64,000 nucleotides of DNA from Octopus bimaculoides (taxonomy: Eukaryota), in assembly GCF_001194135.2 (NCBI RefSeq), contig NC_068986.1, positions 69,275,338-69,339,337 of the forward strand, in the 5' to 3' direction. The translations under genes and the position numbers were made by a program. Each line of letters opens with the position of its first letter. Position 1 is the stretch's first letter. A model generated the notes under the pieces. The model made no database searches. It was not told the origin of the DNA and saw nothing but the letters and a program-made list of their open reading frames with translations. Positions 38,306 through 52,139 of this stretch are shown one piece after another.

Positions 38306-38310
<5 letters not shown>
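38083..38310 (-). mobile_element. Short structured non-coding element carrying a hammerhead (retrozyme-like or PLE-derived), flanked by (TA)n
   Basis: About 225-bp island of higher GC between two TA runs. Contains the 38248-38292 hammerhead and internal hairpins (GGGAAG..CTTCCC; ACCCTAAGGGT). Confidence 0.6.
38248..38292 (-). ncRNA. Minimal type I hammerhead ribozyme, catalytic core intact
   Basis: CGTACG-CTGACGA-A GGGT aaat ACCC A-GAAA-CTCGAG-T-C-CATGCG: CUGACGA and GAAA boxes, 4-bp stem II, palindromic stem III (ACTCGAGT), GUC cleavage triplet, stem I with one mismatch and one wobble. Confidence 0.8.
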
Positions 38311-38342
<32 letters not shown>

Positions 38343-38376
38343 GCATAAGTAAATATATAGATACATATATTTATAC

Positions 38377-38420
38377 ACTAGCAGAGAGATACCCGGATTT
38401 GCTCGGGATTAAAATGGCAT
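38377..38420 (+). mobile_element. Helentron/HINE (DINE-1-like) 5' terminus remnant
   Basis: ACTAGCAG...TACCCGGATTTGCTCGGG resembles the terminal ACTAG plus subterminal inverted repeat of HINE-type elements. Confidence 0.45.
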
Positions 38421-38464
38421 AGATAGGCAACCACATATATTTATATACGCGTCCGCACGTATAC

Positions 38465-38730
38465 TAATATTGGTTTCAAATTATGGTACAAAGGTAAACA
38501 TTTGGGGAAGAGGCAAAGTCGCTATATAGATGATCCAGGCGGAATTTAAACTCAGAGCGTAAAGGTGCTTAGCAGTATTTCGTCCGTCTTTGCGTTCTGT
38601 GTTCAAATTCCGCCATTAAGTATTTCAGGTTCGATAAAATACATACCAGCTGAACACTAGGGTCGATGTAATCGACTTATCTCCCACGCCGAAGTTGCTG
38701 GTCTTGTGCGAAAATTTGAAACCAGTGTTA
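38465..38730. mobile_element. Two family B SINE fragments fused head-to-head (inverted)
   Basis: 38538-38564 matches the reverse complement of 38588-38614 at 23/27. Outer tails TATTGGTTTCAAATT and AATTTGAAACCAGTG are also inverted. Confidence 0.75.
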
Positions 38731-38909
38731 ATGCTAGGATTGTTAGAATGTAATGTTATATATTACAATAAATTTTTACTAATGAAAAGACTCAATATTT
38801 GCTATTATGCATATTACCTGAATCGCGTGAAGATTACTTGTAAAAACTGAAGTAGTAATAAAGAGTTATCTTGCATTGCCTCACACAAATGCGCACACAC
38901 ACACAAGCG

Positions 38910-38982
<73 letters not shown>

Positions 38983-39881
38983 ATACACAAAATAAAAACG
39001 ATACATACACATATGTATCTATGACTACCGAAACAATTGAAAACATGGGATTGAGTGTTTGGTAAAACGAAGAATATGTAACTGAAATAGGGTGACATAT
39101 ATAATTTATTTACATAGTACTGTAAGCAATCTTTTCTTGTTACTCCATTCATATTCTAAGTCTGCGTTAACCAGTGTCGTTTAGAAATCTGTCTGCATTC
39201 TGGTATTTCTTTCAGCAAATATTGTTATTTAAGGCCTGTTGGTATCATTGACAGTAGTAATTTATCAGCCAGTAGAATATTCCACAAACATACACCATAT
39301 AATCTCACTATTTACCAAGCACTCAGATGTAAATATCGTGAACAACTTCTCAGTCAACTGAATTAAAATGAAGTCGGTAGTCAAAACGATAAATGTTTAC
39401 ATGTCATGAAACAATGTTAAAAAACAATCAGTTTCCGTTGAAGACGCGAAAGGAATATACGGAGCCACAAGTATGTGTTAAAGACTGAAAATGAAATTAG
39501 TATGTTTTGAAGATTCATTAAGAATCGATTAATGCATAAATTCAATAATTAAAATATTTAGTATTTGTTTACAATGGAAAACTGGTTTTTGTTTTGATGG
39601 AAATAAACCAGAGAGAAACATCTACCAATTATAGATTTTATGTAGTTATTTTTTCACAAGAAAATGACGTCGACTATTCTTTCTTCTGGCACCAATAGAA
39701 CAGCTTCTAGTAATATATCAGGGTAATTTTCATCAACTTCCTTCTCTACAGATATTAAAACTGCACTTTTTTTTCAAAAGGAATCATTACTTAGTTCGTG
39801 CAATTCAGATTGTACGATTTAACAGTAGGTTGCATATTTTATATGCGTATCAAACATAACCACCAGGGTCTTGACCCGATT

Positions 39882-40082
39882 ATTGGTTTCAAATATTAGT
39901 ACAAAGCCAGCAGTTTCGGGGGAGGAGGCAAGTCGATAAGGTCGACCCCAGTGCTCAACTGGTGGTTATTTTATCGACCCCAGAAGACAAAATCGATCTT
40001 GGCAGAATTTGAACTCAGAATGGACGAAATGCTGCTAAGTACTTTGCTCTAATTGCTAACGATTCTGCCAGCTCGCTGCCTT
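39882..40082 (-). mobile_element. SINE family B, near full length
   Basis: Reverse complement of the GGCAGCGAGCTGGCAGAATCGTTAGC head through the TTTGAAACCAATA tail; collinear with 4433-4651. Confidence 0.85.
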
Positions 40083-41059
40083 TATCCTCACCTCAATATA
40101 ATGTTATTTCTAAAATCAAGTTTGTAAGTTAACCATTTGAAAAACAAAGATACATACATTGTGTAGAATCTCGAAATATTTACCCTTTTTCTGACAAAAT
40201 TACATGATTTTATCGGGTCAGTGTTTTGATACAGTCTCTGAGACATTAAGCAGATGGAAAACTAAATGGATAGGAGGTTAATCTTTAAATGGAATTGTGA
40301 CATCCATTTTTCAGACACTGAAGCAAGATAAGTCAAACGAAGCATGTGTAATTAAGTGTCTTACTTCAAGGCAAGCCAGTATTAGTATAATACAAGGATA
40401 TCGATACAATATCTATGAAAGCTAAAATATATTCTCATTATTTCATTTGCTTTATCTTGCATCTAACACGTGGTAAACTTTATTGTGAAAATAGTTTTAC
40501 TAAGTAGCTATCATGAGATCCATTAGTAACTGCGGTTTTGAGAGCGTTAACAGTCAGAAACAGACTAAATTCAGATAAGTTTCTCATATTTCCAGAAAAT
40601 TAGAAAATAGTGCCATCAGTAAAATAATGCGTTGTTTCATGCAAAACAGATGAATTTGTTATAGTAGATATCATAACGAAAATATTTCCAATCTAAGACT
40701 TTAATTTCTTTTGAATAACACAAACAGCATTAAAAGTACATTTGATAGAAATCTACCGTCCTATATATTAACAGATCTAAATTAGATCTGCTGATGGAAA
40801 CTCCATTGCTTATTTGATATTTTATCATTTCTTTTTACGGTAAAAATATTCTCTCTCGATAGCGGACAATTAGTAAGCTATATTTCGCAGATTTCATATA
40901 TATATNNNNNNNNNNNNNNNNNNNNNNNNNNNNNNNNNNNNNNNNNNNNNNNNNNNNNNNNNNNNNNNNNNNNNNNNNNNNNNNNNNNNNNNNNNNNNNN
41001 NNNNNNNNNNNNNNNNNNNNNNNATATATTCGCCTTGTAGGAGTATTGCTATGGTAATT

Positions 41060-41228
41060 AATGTCAGTAAACATCAGGACGAAAGCATAGTTGTGCGATT
41101 AAGAGTTTCGCTTGGCATGTATATAGTCTCACGTTCGATCCCACAGTATTGGAGAATGTGCAAATGTCATCTACCATAGCGTCGAACCAACGAAAGCATT
41201 GAGAACGAAATTTGAGTGGCAGAAACCT
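41060..41228 (+). mobile_element. Old SINE family A
   Basis: GTTGTGCGATTAAGAGTTTCGCTT...GTTCGATCCCACAG...GTCATCTACCATAGCGTCGAACCAACGAAAGC. Confidence 0.55.
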
Positions 41229-41577
41229 TTTGGCTTCACGACTGAGGGATTGTTCCTGCTAAACATCACTATTTCATCCTTGGCTATCTTTAGCGAAGTT
41301 ATCTAACCAGCGACCTTATAAAAGTATGCGAGTGTTGCCCTTTGTCTTCTGACTAAACCTTACAAAATCGTGCGGGAATTGTAATCCTACCGATTAAAGA
41401 AATTTATTTAATTTGATAACTATAATAAAATATAATAGATACGAAGGAATCATTAATCGCATCTCACAGATTCAAGTAATTGAAGCTCTTCATGAGAACT
41501 GAGTTCAAGAAGCCAAGATCTTTGTGTAAGATTCGACCACAAAACTATGATGTTTCAAGGCTGCCAGTTTATCATTT

Positions 41578-41660
41578 TCTGGCTTATATTTTGGCAAAAG
41601 TTTGGCTTATATTTTGGTAAAATACAAAATTTTGGCTTATATTTTGGCAAAATACAAAAT
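41578..41660. repeat. Short tandem repeat, about 3 copies of a 23-30 bp unit
   Basis: TTTGGCTTATATTTTGG(C/T)AAAATACAAAAT occurs twice, plus one truncated copy. Confidence 0.9.
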
Positions 41661-44014
41661 GAATTAAACAGTTAAGCCGATTTGTTTTACACTTCTGATC
41701 CATCTTTCAATAAAACTTGAAGGAGACATTATGTGATTCTTCGTTCTTCCAGAAATAGAAGCAAATCTCCCTCATATCACATGCGACAGTTTTAAAATAG
41801 GATGCATTAGAAAAGTAAGAAAAAACGAGATGGTCACGACTTGAACACTTTTGTTTATAGGCATGCCCGTCTCGGTCCGACATAGGAAAGCAAACTTCAA
41901 TGCCTGTATGAGTACATTATAACATCATGATGTAAGGCTGATTAGAATTACTAAAGAGTCGCGCAAAATAGCTTTTGGTACCTGTTGCGGCTTTTTAAGT
42001 TCTTAGTTTAAATATAGTTGAGGCCAGCTTTGCCTTTTAATCTCATAGGGTAATTAAATGAAGTTCCATTTAAGTACTGGTATCTATGTAATTAAATTCT
42101 TTTCTAATCATCAAGCCATGTGCCCATGTTAAGAACAATTATTAGGGGCGAAAGAAAGCCTGTACATTGGCAGCATTGTCAGAGTAGCTGAACAAACCAC
42201 TAAACTCATTGTAGAATTCAGTTACGTCTTTTTAAATTCATTCTTAGTTCCAATTTTGACGAGATCGGCATTTCCTTTCATTGTCGGTGGGTCTACAAAA
42301 TGTATTAAATTGATTTAAGGTGACTATAGTCACCCTTCAAAATTGTGATCGTGTGTCTATGCCTGAAATCATTATGAATAGTGAAATCAGCAGAAAAAAA
42401 ATTGTACTAGACATTTTACGGTTTCTCAAATTTTACTTCACTGTTCTGTATTTTTCATCTTTCAATTCTCGAAACTTCACAAAATATCCATAATATGCTG
42501 GCATTTATCTCATGCCTGTAATCCTAGTGACTACAGAAATAATGAAACTCATGAATATTTCTCTTTTATTTACAATGTAAGATGTATACTATGACACACT
42601 ACTGACTAATGTCTGTTTCACTCCTGGAAAGAAGCACAAAGTAAATACAATCTAAATCTCATTATTTGATTTAATAACACTTTGAAACTAAACATTTTAC
42701 ATTGGTGCCATGGGGGAGCGGCAAATTTATCTGTCATATATAGCACAAGTCTTATTCTATTCTTTCTTTCAATTGTTAACCATTTATAACTTTTGGATAT
42801 TTTGTTTATAGTAAGAATTTCACTTATATTGCGAGTTCAGAGTTCGCTGACAGTTAAGACATTACTTATTGAAACAAGTAAGTTTGCTTCGAAATTTCAT
42901 TGGAATTTATGTCTGGCCAAGTGAGATACGAAAAGAAAGTTTCTGTTATCGGCTGCTTTTACTGGAATTATCTAAGCTTCGTTTCGAGATTTTTTTAATC
43001 TGCGTACAGAATTGTTAGTAGATTGCTTTCCTGTCTAGATATCAACTTACAACTTCAAATTTAGTTGATAGACTTCAGAGAGCGTCATTTCAAGTTATAT
43101 TGACAAGGAAAAACACTAGAAACCACTTGAGTATTTAGGCACTCATACGGTGTTATTTCTATACAACCTTCCATTTTCTCTTTCATCCTAACCCCACATA
43201 CCCTTATGATAAATGGAGTTATGTCATTTTATTATATTTATTGAATTTGGGAAACTCAGAATTGCAAGTGTGTTAGCAAAATGAACCATAATTCTATTTC
43301 CATCTGGGAGATTTATAATATTGCTGTAGCCACTTCAGACTCTTTCAATCAGTACTGGTCTATCCCTGCTTTTCTCACAAAAATCAATATTATTTGTAGG
43401 TCAAAAGCAGTTTTCATCAATATTGGGGTTATCTCAGAGTACGTATACGAAGCCATCAGTTTCGGGGTTAACCTAAACATGAAAACTGATTAAATCCATT
43501 CTTTTATTACACCCTGAATCAACATGCCTCCATTCAGATACAAATATTTGGAATAGAGATGAATAAAAGGTATGCATAATGTCTATAAAACATTGAATGA
43601 ACTATGTAGCATATTGAGAAATAGGAAAACAATTGACGTCTGTAGTAGTACCAACGCAACATATTTAATGAATTTGAGTGAATTCTTTGCAACATTTAGT
43701 TTCATTTCATTATTTACCCAAACAAACTACTTGCTTTTTAAATCAAATTCGAATGCTTATGCTTGTATATCGTAATTACTCTAAATGTTTGATTCAAAAT
43801 AGATTGCTAACATTATATCATTTCTTTGCGCCTACTGTCCAATAATTTTAAAAGGATAAATGGAAAATATGACATTAGAGTTTACTTTCAAGTGAAATGA
43901 TTTCAACTATAAATTGAAACTGTTGCTTGATCAAAACCTGTCGAAAGTTTATTTATTGTTCTGTAGTATTCATTTTATTTAATATCAATATTATGAGTAT
44001 GTAAATGGGTGAGA

Positions 44015-44243
44015 AGCAGACAAATTCGTTAGCACACGGAACAAAATGGTAGCAGCATTCCTTCTGACTGCTTATGTTCTGAGTTCAAATTCTACCGAGG
44101 TCAACCCTACCTTTCATTCCTGCGGAGACGATAACATGAGTACCAGATAAAATATGTAGCAGTTTAAGCATTGGAAGCGATATACTCTATTGGTCCCCTT
44201 CCACAAAATTTAAAGCCTTGCACGTATATTAGAAAGGACTATT
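44015..44243 (+). mobile_element. SINE family B, diverged
   Basis: TTCGTTAGCACACGGAACAAAATG..GTTCTGAGTTCAAATTCTACCGAGGTCAAC..CTTTCATTCC..GAGTACCAG. Confidence 0.75.
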
Positions 44244-45563
44244 ATGAATTTGTATATTTTCGACATTGGAATATTTGTGGTCAATTTAGTTTCAACTTAT
44301 TACTTTTCCTTGATATTTAAGAAATTAAAACATTGTCCAATAATTATGTTTGTTTCTCCTAAGCAATAAAACAATTGATGTTCAATTAATATATGATGTC
44401 TCTCAAGCATAGTTTTCACTTTTTCTTTAAATAGACAATGTTGGACTCATTTTAAAGACTTGATCAAATTTTGATATTCATGAAGGCCATAAGTTAGACT
44501 ATTTATTTTCAAAATAAAATACATGGCGCTCATATTCTCCATGCGTTCGAAATTTGGAAATACTCTGACTGGAATTATCTGAGGATTGACGGAGAAACAC
44601 GGACTCGAATAAGTGGAATATTTATATCCACTTTACAATGCATATCCCGTTCTTTCCAAATATTTAGATATTCTATCCCTATAGTATAAAAGAGTCGACC
44701 CCTTGAAAATATCAACACCCTAGACAATTTACTTTCTCTGTTCTATTAACGCTCTTCCAAAAACAAAGGTGAAAACAGTTGTTTTCTGACTCCTGAAACT
44801 AAACTATTGAGAGGAAAAAGTTTGCTAAAGGACGTTTGAAAAGTAGTCTCCATATAATGTCATGCCATTTTTCTGGGAAAAACGTATATATATACCAATT
44901 AAAGTAATATATGTTAGGAATGTGTGAGAGAAAGAGCATTGCTCAGAAATAAAGAAAGGAAATAAAGAAAATTATCGCAAGATAAGGGGTTTAAAAAAAT
45001 ATAAAAGAAATATTCTGCAATGAAAGAAAAAAACCCCAGCTAAAACGGAGATTTCTGTAAAGAATCGTTTACATTTCAAGAGGGAAATAAACATAAAAGA
45101 TTTTAATGTTATTTGATAAGTAGAAAATATTTCAACAAATGAAAAATGATAGAGTTTTCCATTAGGAGGTCTTTACATTTTGCACATAACAAACAAAACA
45201 AAAACGCAAAAGATACAAAATAAAACTGAGAATTGCCTTCTTAAAATAATAAAAAGAAAAATCAAAAGTGTTTTAAATAAAAATAATACATCAAATGCAA
45301 ATAAACCCAAAAAGGCCATAGCTGTTTTTAAAATTAAGAAGTNNNNNNNNNNTATATATATGCATATATATATATATGCATATATATATATGCATATATA
45401 CACACATATATATATGCATATATACACACATATATACATATTCATATATATACATATATATTCATATATATTCATATATATACATATTTATGCATATATA
45501 TACTTATACACACACATGTATATATATATTACAATTGTATGTATATGCAAATATACATATGCG

Positions 45564-45630
<67 letters not shown>

Positions 45631-48600
45631 GCGTGTATGTAAGGTTAAACAGTGCACGACTCAAGAGGTTCTTCTTGCTATCTTTATGTATACGAGAATT
45701 TAGCAGTTAATGAAAAGTGAAGAATCAATTATTTGCTGATTAATACGCTCAGGTTGGTTCGAATGCAGAATACGCTGGTCGCTGTTGTACATGCCATATG
45801 AGACGACGTCGTGTTCATAACATATTCGACTCTTTGGGCTACGGATTCTAGTATACTGATGTTTGGACATGTGCTTCAATGAGCTTCAAACATACCAGAT
45901 AAAGAAATGTAGAATATTTACTGTAATTTAGCTCACACACACACACACAGAAAACGGGGTAAATCCATTTCATCTACCAACTGTTTACCCAGAGTCCATA
46001 CGATTTGGAAGTTCGGGAAAAAAAAAGTCGCTAACTTTGTGTGGAAAAACGGCAGTAGGTCATACAAAACAAAGCGAAGATAAAAGTTACGGCTAAAAAC
46101 AAAGGCGTAGACGAAAGATTGATCCAAAAAGTAAAATAAAACCCAAAACAAAATCACCCCCCCCCCACACACACATACATACAGAGTAACAGATACATGC
46201 GGAGTATAAACGAAGAATGTGACTTACGACTGCTACAAAGAAGAGATATAACGTGGATGAAAATATAGGGAGACTTTTGTCTGGGTAAACAACTCCAACA
46301 GAGAAATATTGGGACTAGGGTGACGTGATCTCGCAAGTCCAAAAGCTAACAGGAAGGATGTGCAGAAGTGAGTAGCATAAGAGGAGTGACCGCCAGTGAA
46401 AGGGAGTGAGAGAGAAAGTGGGAGAAAAAGAGAGAGTGAGTGAAGATGAAGCAAGTAAACTACATACACATACACATTCACACACGCACATATGCACCTA
46501 TACATGTGCATATTCCACTGCAATATATATTGAGTAAAATAAATACCAGTAATGTATATCCGTCGAATGTTTTTAGTATATCTCAGTATCTTGCAAAAAA
46601 CCTTTATTCTTTGACAGACAGCATTTAAAATGAGGTTTGTGGGCCAGTAACTACTTTTATTTCGACCAATATTTTATGCGAAATACTCAGAACCACTTGT
46701 ATGGCAATATAAAAGGATTAAGTAATAGGAATCAGATTTCGAATGTTTTTTTAAGTGTAGTAGAAAATGATAAATACATTGGTAGATCTTCGTTTCAGTC
46801 TGAAGTGTTAAAGACAAAAGATATTCAAGTGTCAACTTGTAAATACAATCTAACACAAAGAACAAAACACAAAAATAAGCCCTGATTGAAGCAAAATCTT
46901 TTTTCCTTACATAACTTCAGCCTATCGTAGTGAATTATAAATCAAGTTCTGCGCACAATCCGTGCATTTTATTGGTTATATTTTGGTGGCTCCTGCAAGT
47001 TGATCTTAATAGAATTTGAACCCAGAATGGTGATAAATGTGTATCAGAAGATAGAATTTATCTTACATAGGTACAATATTTGTTTTGTATGGAGAAAAGA
47101 AAAAAATGCTTTCCTTAGAAATGGAAATAGTAAATAGGCTGCGGGCAAGACTTGCCTCCAGTTCACATCTTTTATCTATTGTTACTGTATATCCTTGTCT
47201 ATAAATACTTCATAAAGTTAACTCATATGTTTCGAGATGGTTTTCTATCTAAATCACATTGGTATTAGACAGAAAAAAAATGTGATTTTGCTGGAAATCG
47301 AATTTCTGCTGAAGTCATTAACTTCTCATCTATTCATCTCTTTGCAGAATGGCTAAAATTTCTTTAAAAATTCACTACTTATAATATTTCTATTGTCGAA
47401 TATGAACACAGTTTACTAAAGAGACATTCGATTTTTCGATCTTTTGTTTTATGTTAGTATTTAGAAATACGTCTTTATTTGAAATACGTTCCTTTCATCA
47501 CTCTCGCTAATGACGTCTCGACAATCATATACGTTGATATTGGGTTGTTGACCGTGTATTGTTCTTCGGTCGTTCCAGTTGTTAAACTTTCATATTTTCC
47601 CTGTGAAGTTGCATAGCCATTTGTTAATACCGCAAAATCCTATTAAGGGAGCCTCAGATTCTTCAAAATTCTTTAAGACTACTGATACTGAACATATGCT
47701 CAGATCATTTCTCTATAAAAAGCGCTTATTTAAATCAACTATTCAGTGTCGCTCTTAATCAGTATATTATATCTATTTATCAGTTGCGTGCAGCAGTATA
47801 CTGCATGTTCTCGCAATTTTATGTATGATATTATAAAGTGGAAACTATCTGTATATTTAAGCATACACAACAAATGATATGTATTTGTATACTTCCCTAT
47901 GAGGCTACACATCTGATTTATCATATACAATTTCACTCTTTATAAGCACGATTTAACAATGTTTGGCGTTAGGAGGAACAACACAAATTTGTAATCTATC
48001 TAAACACCAGTTTATATTTACTTTAAGGGTAGACGTAAAAAACCCTATATTATAAAAGAATACGAATTCCCTTGAGAGGAAACAGCTTTCCTCACTGGGG
48101 CAGAAAATCGGAGTAGCAAAGATATACATTATATTATTATGCAAAAGAAAAATATTTAAAAAATAATACAACAGAAATGGTTAAACGTGACACATATAAC
48201 AATGTTTCACTCTAGTGGTTACTGCATAGATAAATGCATCCGTTATTTTTGATATTCAGGAAAAGTAGAATTTCATTCGCTCTGAAAGCACCACATGGTA
48301 TTAGATAAGGAAAAAAACAAAAAAAGACAAAACAAGGGTAAAAACAACGACAACAATAAAACCTAAGCAAAAACGCTTTAAATATATAAATTCGCAGAAT
48401 AAAGAAAGTCAAAACAAAAGCTACTCCATGAAATTGAGATAAAACTTAGGACACATTTCATCCCTTAAGTTTTTTTTTCTGTACTTGTTGGGTCCATGAG
48501 GAATTGGCTAGTGTTAACTGCAGCCTCGATAAGGTGATTATGTTTCATTCTATGATATTCTATAGGCCCTTTGAATTTTATTACATTCTGCTTATGATTC

Positions 48601-48999
48601 ACTTCTATTTCTCTGCTATTGTATTTCTGCTGATAGAAAATATTCAAGATGTGTGGTAGCAAATGTTAAGTATGAAAACAATAAATTACATATTTTGAAT
48701 TAAAATGCTGTCTGCTACCGACTTCCAATATTCTGCTTAATTATAATTCATTTTAGTGTTCAATCTAGATTTGCGCAAATATCGCTAAATGAAAATATCC
48801 AGAAAAAAAAATCAACTCAATTGTTGTTAGCTCCAAATCAAGCACGATGAAGATCAAATGTTTTTTATCCATGACCATCGTATCAAATTTTCGTTCATAA
48901 CATAATCAGTTATAAATTTATCCAATGCATCCTTCCGTTTTTAAGTAATTGGGACGTGACTTAGTTACTATAACTAGCTTGTTGAACGACCTCTTAGAG

Positions 49000-49156
49000 T
49001 AGTGTTTCCTAACGGAGCCAGCACTTTCCCTTGGGATTTCACATTTGGTATTATGAGGAGGGTAGTGAGCAAAATTATATTACAGGCGGTGGCGATGGCG
49101 GTGAATAAATTTGTATATCATCATCAGTAAAGTAACGATAAAGGCGGAAAACACTA
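49000..49156. mobile_element. Small hAT-type MITE
   Basis: TAGTGTTTCCTAAC left end and GGAAAACACTA right end. TSD not matched. Confidence 0.5.
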
Positions 49157-49936
49157 TACTGCCAAATTTGATTATATTTTACAGGTTAATTTTTTTTACT
49201 TTAAAAATATTGGGTTTAAAAATACACGGATGTCCCAAGTGATAATAATACCAGTGTACATTCCATGCATTAAAATATGAGTACTTTTGGCATATCTCTG
49301 ACATGTTTCTCAGCGTGGTGATGTAGGTTTTTACAATTAAAGTGTCTTGGCGCGTCAGCGTAGGAAAATATTTTCACACAAGAATTAAGTTTTTCTCGAT
49401 GCCTTTAGTTACAATCACGAAATTTCGTAATGCGATTTAATAGATATGTACTAATATAAATTGTAGTCTAGCAAGGTTTTGATCTCTACCAGTTGATAAA
49501 TCATTACCGGTTGACTGATCATTGAAGGAACCACTAACTTTTGACCGCATATTCTTCTTTTCTAAAATCTCAAAATCTCAGTTTTTAGACGATAACTCAG
49601 TCAGTCACCAGTTAGTAAACCACCACGCGTCTCGAACCAAGTAATTTTTAGAAAAATCCACTTGTGGAATTAAGTATTTAAAGCCCGAATTACTGATGTC
49701 AGCAACCCCTTTCGTTCATCTATTTTATACACTTCGTGTCCCCACTCCTTAATCACTCTGTCAAGGCACACAAGTTTTTCACTATAAGTAAAGTTTATTC
49801 TGAAGCAAGTTTTGAAGAACATAGTACTACGGCTAAAATTTCCAAGAAAATATCTTCATTTTGAACGTACTTAAAATACGAGTTCTCTTTCACCGATTAA
49901 AACGTGTTTGAGTAGGTTTTTAACTCTTTATGTAGC

Positions 49937-51788
49937 AATGTATTCCCATACATTCTTTACGTCTAGTAATGTATTCTCCTTTTGTTTGTTCTTAAAAAAA
50001 ATCTTTGACATCATGTTTTAAAAATACGAAATTAAAAAAATATCTGAATCTCAGTTATTTTCTTGTTTTGACTAGAACGTAAAAAAAGTGTAGTTTCTCT
50101 TAAGCGGAGGATCTGCGTGCTTTTTCGATGATTTTTACCGTTGGCGAATGTTGCTATGGATGAGCGTACGCATAAATATTCTTCGCCAATGAAAAACTAT
50201 TTTTATTTTTATTTTTAGCAAAGAAATTATTTTAAACTTCGTATTTATTCATGTTTTGTACAAATAGTTAAAACTACGTATAAACTACGTATTTTGTTTT
50301 TTTTAGTTGAACTTATTTGATGAAAATTTTAAAGTTTTGGTAATTAACTATTTCTTTTTTGTGATATTCGTGGCTCAAAACACATTTGCTATTAAACTTT
50401 CGATATTTCTTACCATTATGAACACGCAGGAAAATGACGACAGTCGTTCAAGTACTTCTATTAATGGAAAAAATAAAGAAAAAGATGCATCCAACAAACA
50501 AAAACTAAAAAAGCTCTTCCTTCCCAGTGAAATATACGTCAAAGTTCAGCAATGTAAACAACCAGCAATTTGAAATTGTCACTCTAATTTCAACTGATAA
50601 GTGGCTCATGTGTCTTTCTTTAAAACCATCGCGTTGGAAAGAGTACGTTTGAGAGAGCACCCAGAAAAGAATTTATATGATAAACGTATCATAGTTACAA
50701 ATGATGAAGGTGACATTTGAAAGACATCTAAATATATCTAAACTATTCACAACTCCATTCGCAACTCCCTGTGTAATTCGTCAACCTTAGTGAGCAACTG
50801 CCTCCAAACTTAGCTTTAGTAATATTAGTTGTTAACAAATCAAAATTTGGAGCCTTAAACATTAGACTGTGCTGAGAAAATTTTAAAATACGAATTTTCA
50901 ACACTAAAGTTGTATGACAGTCAAAAGAAGCCTGCTATTGAATTCTACTTATAAATACATCTTGATGACCAACTAGCAAATGGTATTGACTTTATTCGTG
51001 GAGATGAGATTTTGCTTATATTTATGGCAAAGAATCAAATTCAATATAATACACGCAAAGAATGAAGTTAACAGCTTTATAATTAAAAATGAATTGTATG
51101 CGTGAAACCTTGGCAGACGAAAGCTTCACAAAAGTATTTACAAATGATATCTGAAGACCGATTTTGAACATCTATAATAATTGAAAGATAATTTTGAGAC
51201 AAAATTTAATGATTTGATTAAACTGGGGATTTCTGACTGGGTAAACAAACCCTGTTTTATGCAAAATAGAACAAAAAATTGAATTACATGAAACAATCAT
51301 TGATTTACAAAATGATGAAAAAGAAAAGTTGATTTTTGAAAATCAAAAATTTGTGTGAAATGTGGCTGCAATGTAGTTTGAAGTATTCGATATTGTGGAA
51401 GGAAGCCAAAATACTTTTTATTGCTTTTCCATTCTCCTATCTGAGTTGAAAAAGGTATTAGCGATGTAAATCAAATTTCGAGCAAAAATAGAAACCGAAT
51501 GGAAGTAGTCAAGCGTGATGATTTACGACTTCTTTTATCAAATTTGGAAACAAATATTGCAAAACTTGCTGCAGATCACCAGCCACAGGGATCGCATTAA
51601 TAAATGATCTGTGCTATTTTAATTATTCTAATTTTAATCATATTAATTAATAATATGTGCTCTCATAATTATTCTTTTTTAGTCACATTAATAAAATTGT
51701 ACCTTTATACGTCTAAAACTAGGGAGGGGCAACGTTAAGCATCTTAGTATTTAAGGCGACAATTGGGTAAAAAGTGTGGGAAACACTG
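49937..51788 (+). mobile_element. hAT (Buster/Charlie, ZBED5/FAM200-like) transposon, internally deleted; transposase remnant about 50418-51600
   Basis: C-terminus KYSILWKEAKILFIAFPFSYL.EKG and NRNRMEVVKRDDLRLLLSNLETNIAKLAADHQPQGSH*. Right TIR TGTGGGAAACACTG ends at 51788. Putative left TIR CAATGTATTCCCATAC at 49937 is less certain. Confidence 0.8.
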
Positions 51789-52035
51789 GCTAATAGTCTT
51801 CCCAAGTAAACTCAATACTTCAAGGGAACATATTAATGAAAGATCCCTGCACACTTTTTCGCCCATGATTTAAGAGTGACTAGTTGTACTTGTATCTCGA
51901 TCATTGTAATGTTTTAAGTGAACATAATCCTGCCTAATTTCGATTTCCTAGAGATACCATTCCATTGTATCTATGCCACTTATGCACAACTTAATATATA
52001 CTTTCCTCTCAAAACATACATACATATATATATGT

Positions 52036-52107
<72 letters not shown>

Positions 52108-52139
52108 GCATATATAACTTTTATCTTTTACGTGCTTAA

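Noticed and set aside
39434-39463. Plus-strand TCCG-TTGAAGA-CGC-GAAA...TA-CGGA, hammerhead-like
   Set aside because: Only 3 nt are available for stem II and there is no stem III pairing.
44578-44610. Plus-strand CTGAGGA...GAAA
   Set aside because: The boxes are present but no stems form; likely chance.
49000-51788. One 2.8-kb hAT element using the 49000 TIR as its left end
   Set aside because: The 49000 TIR pairs better with 49146-49156 as a separate MITE, and the flanking 8-mers do not match those at 51789.
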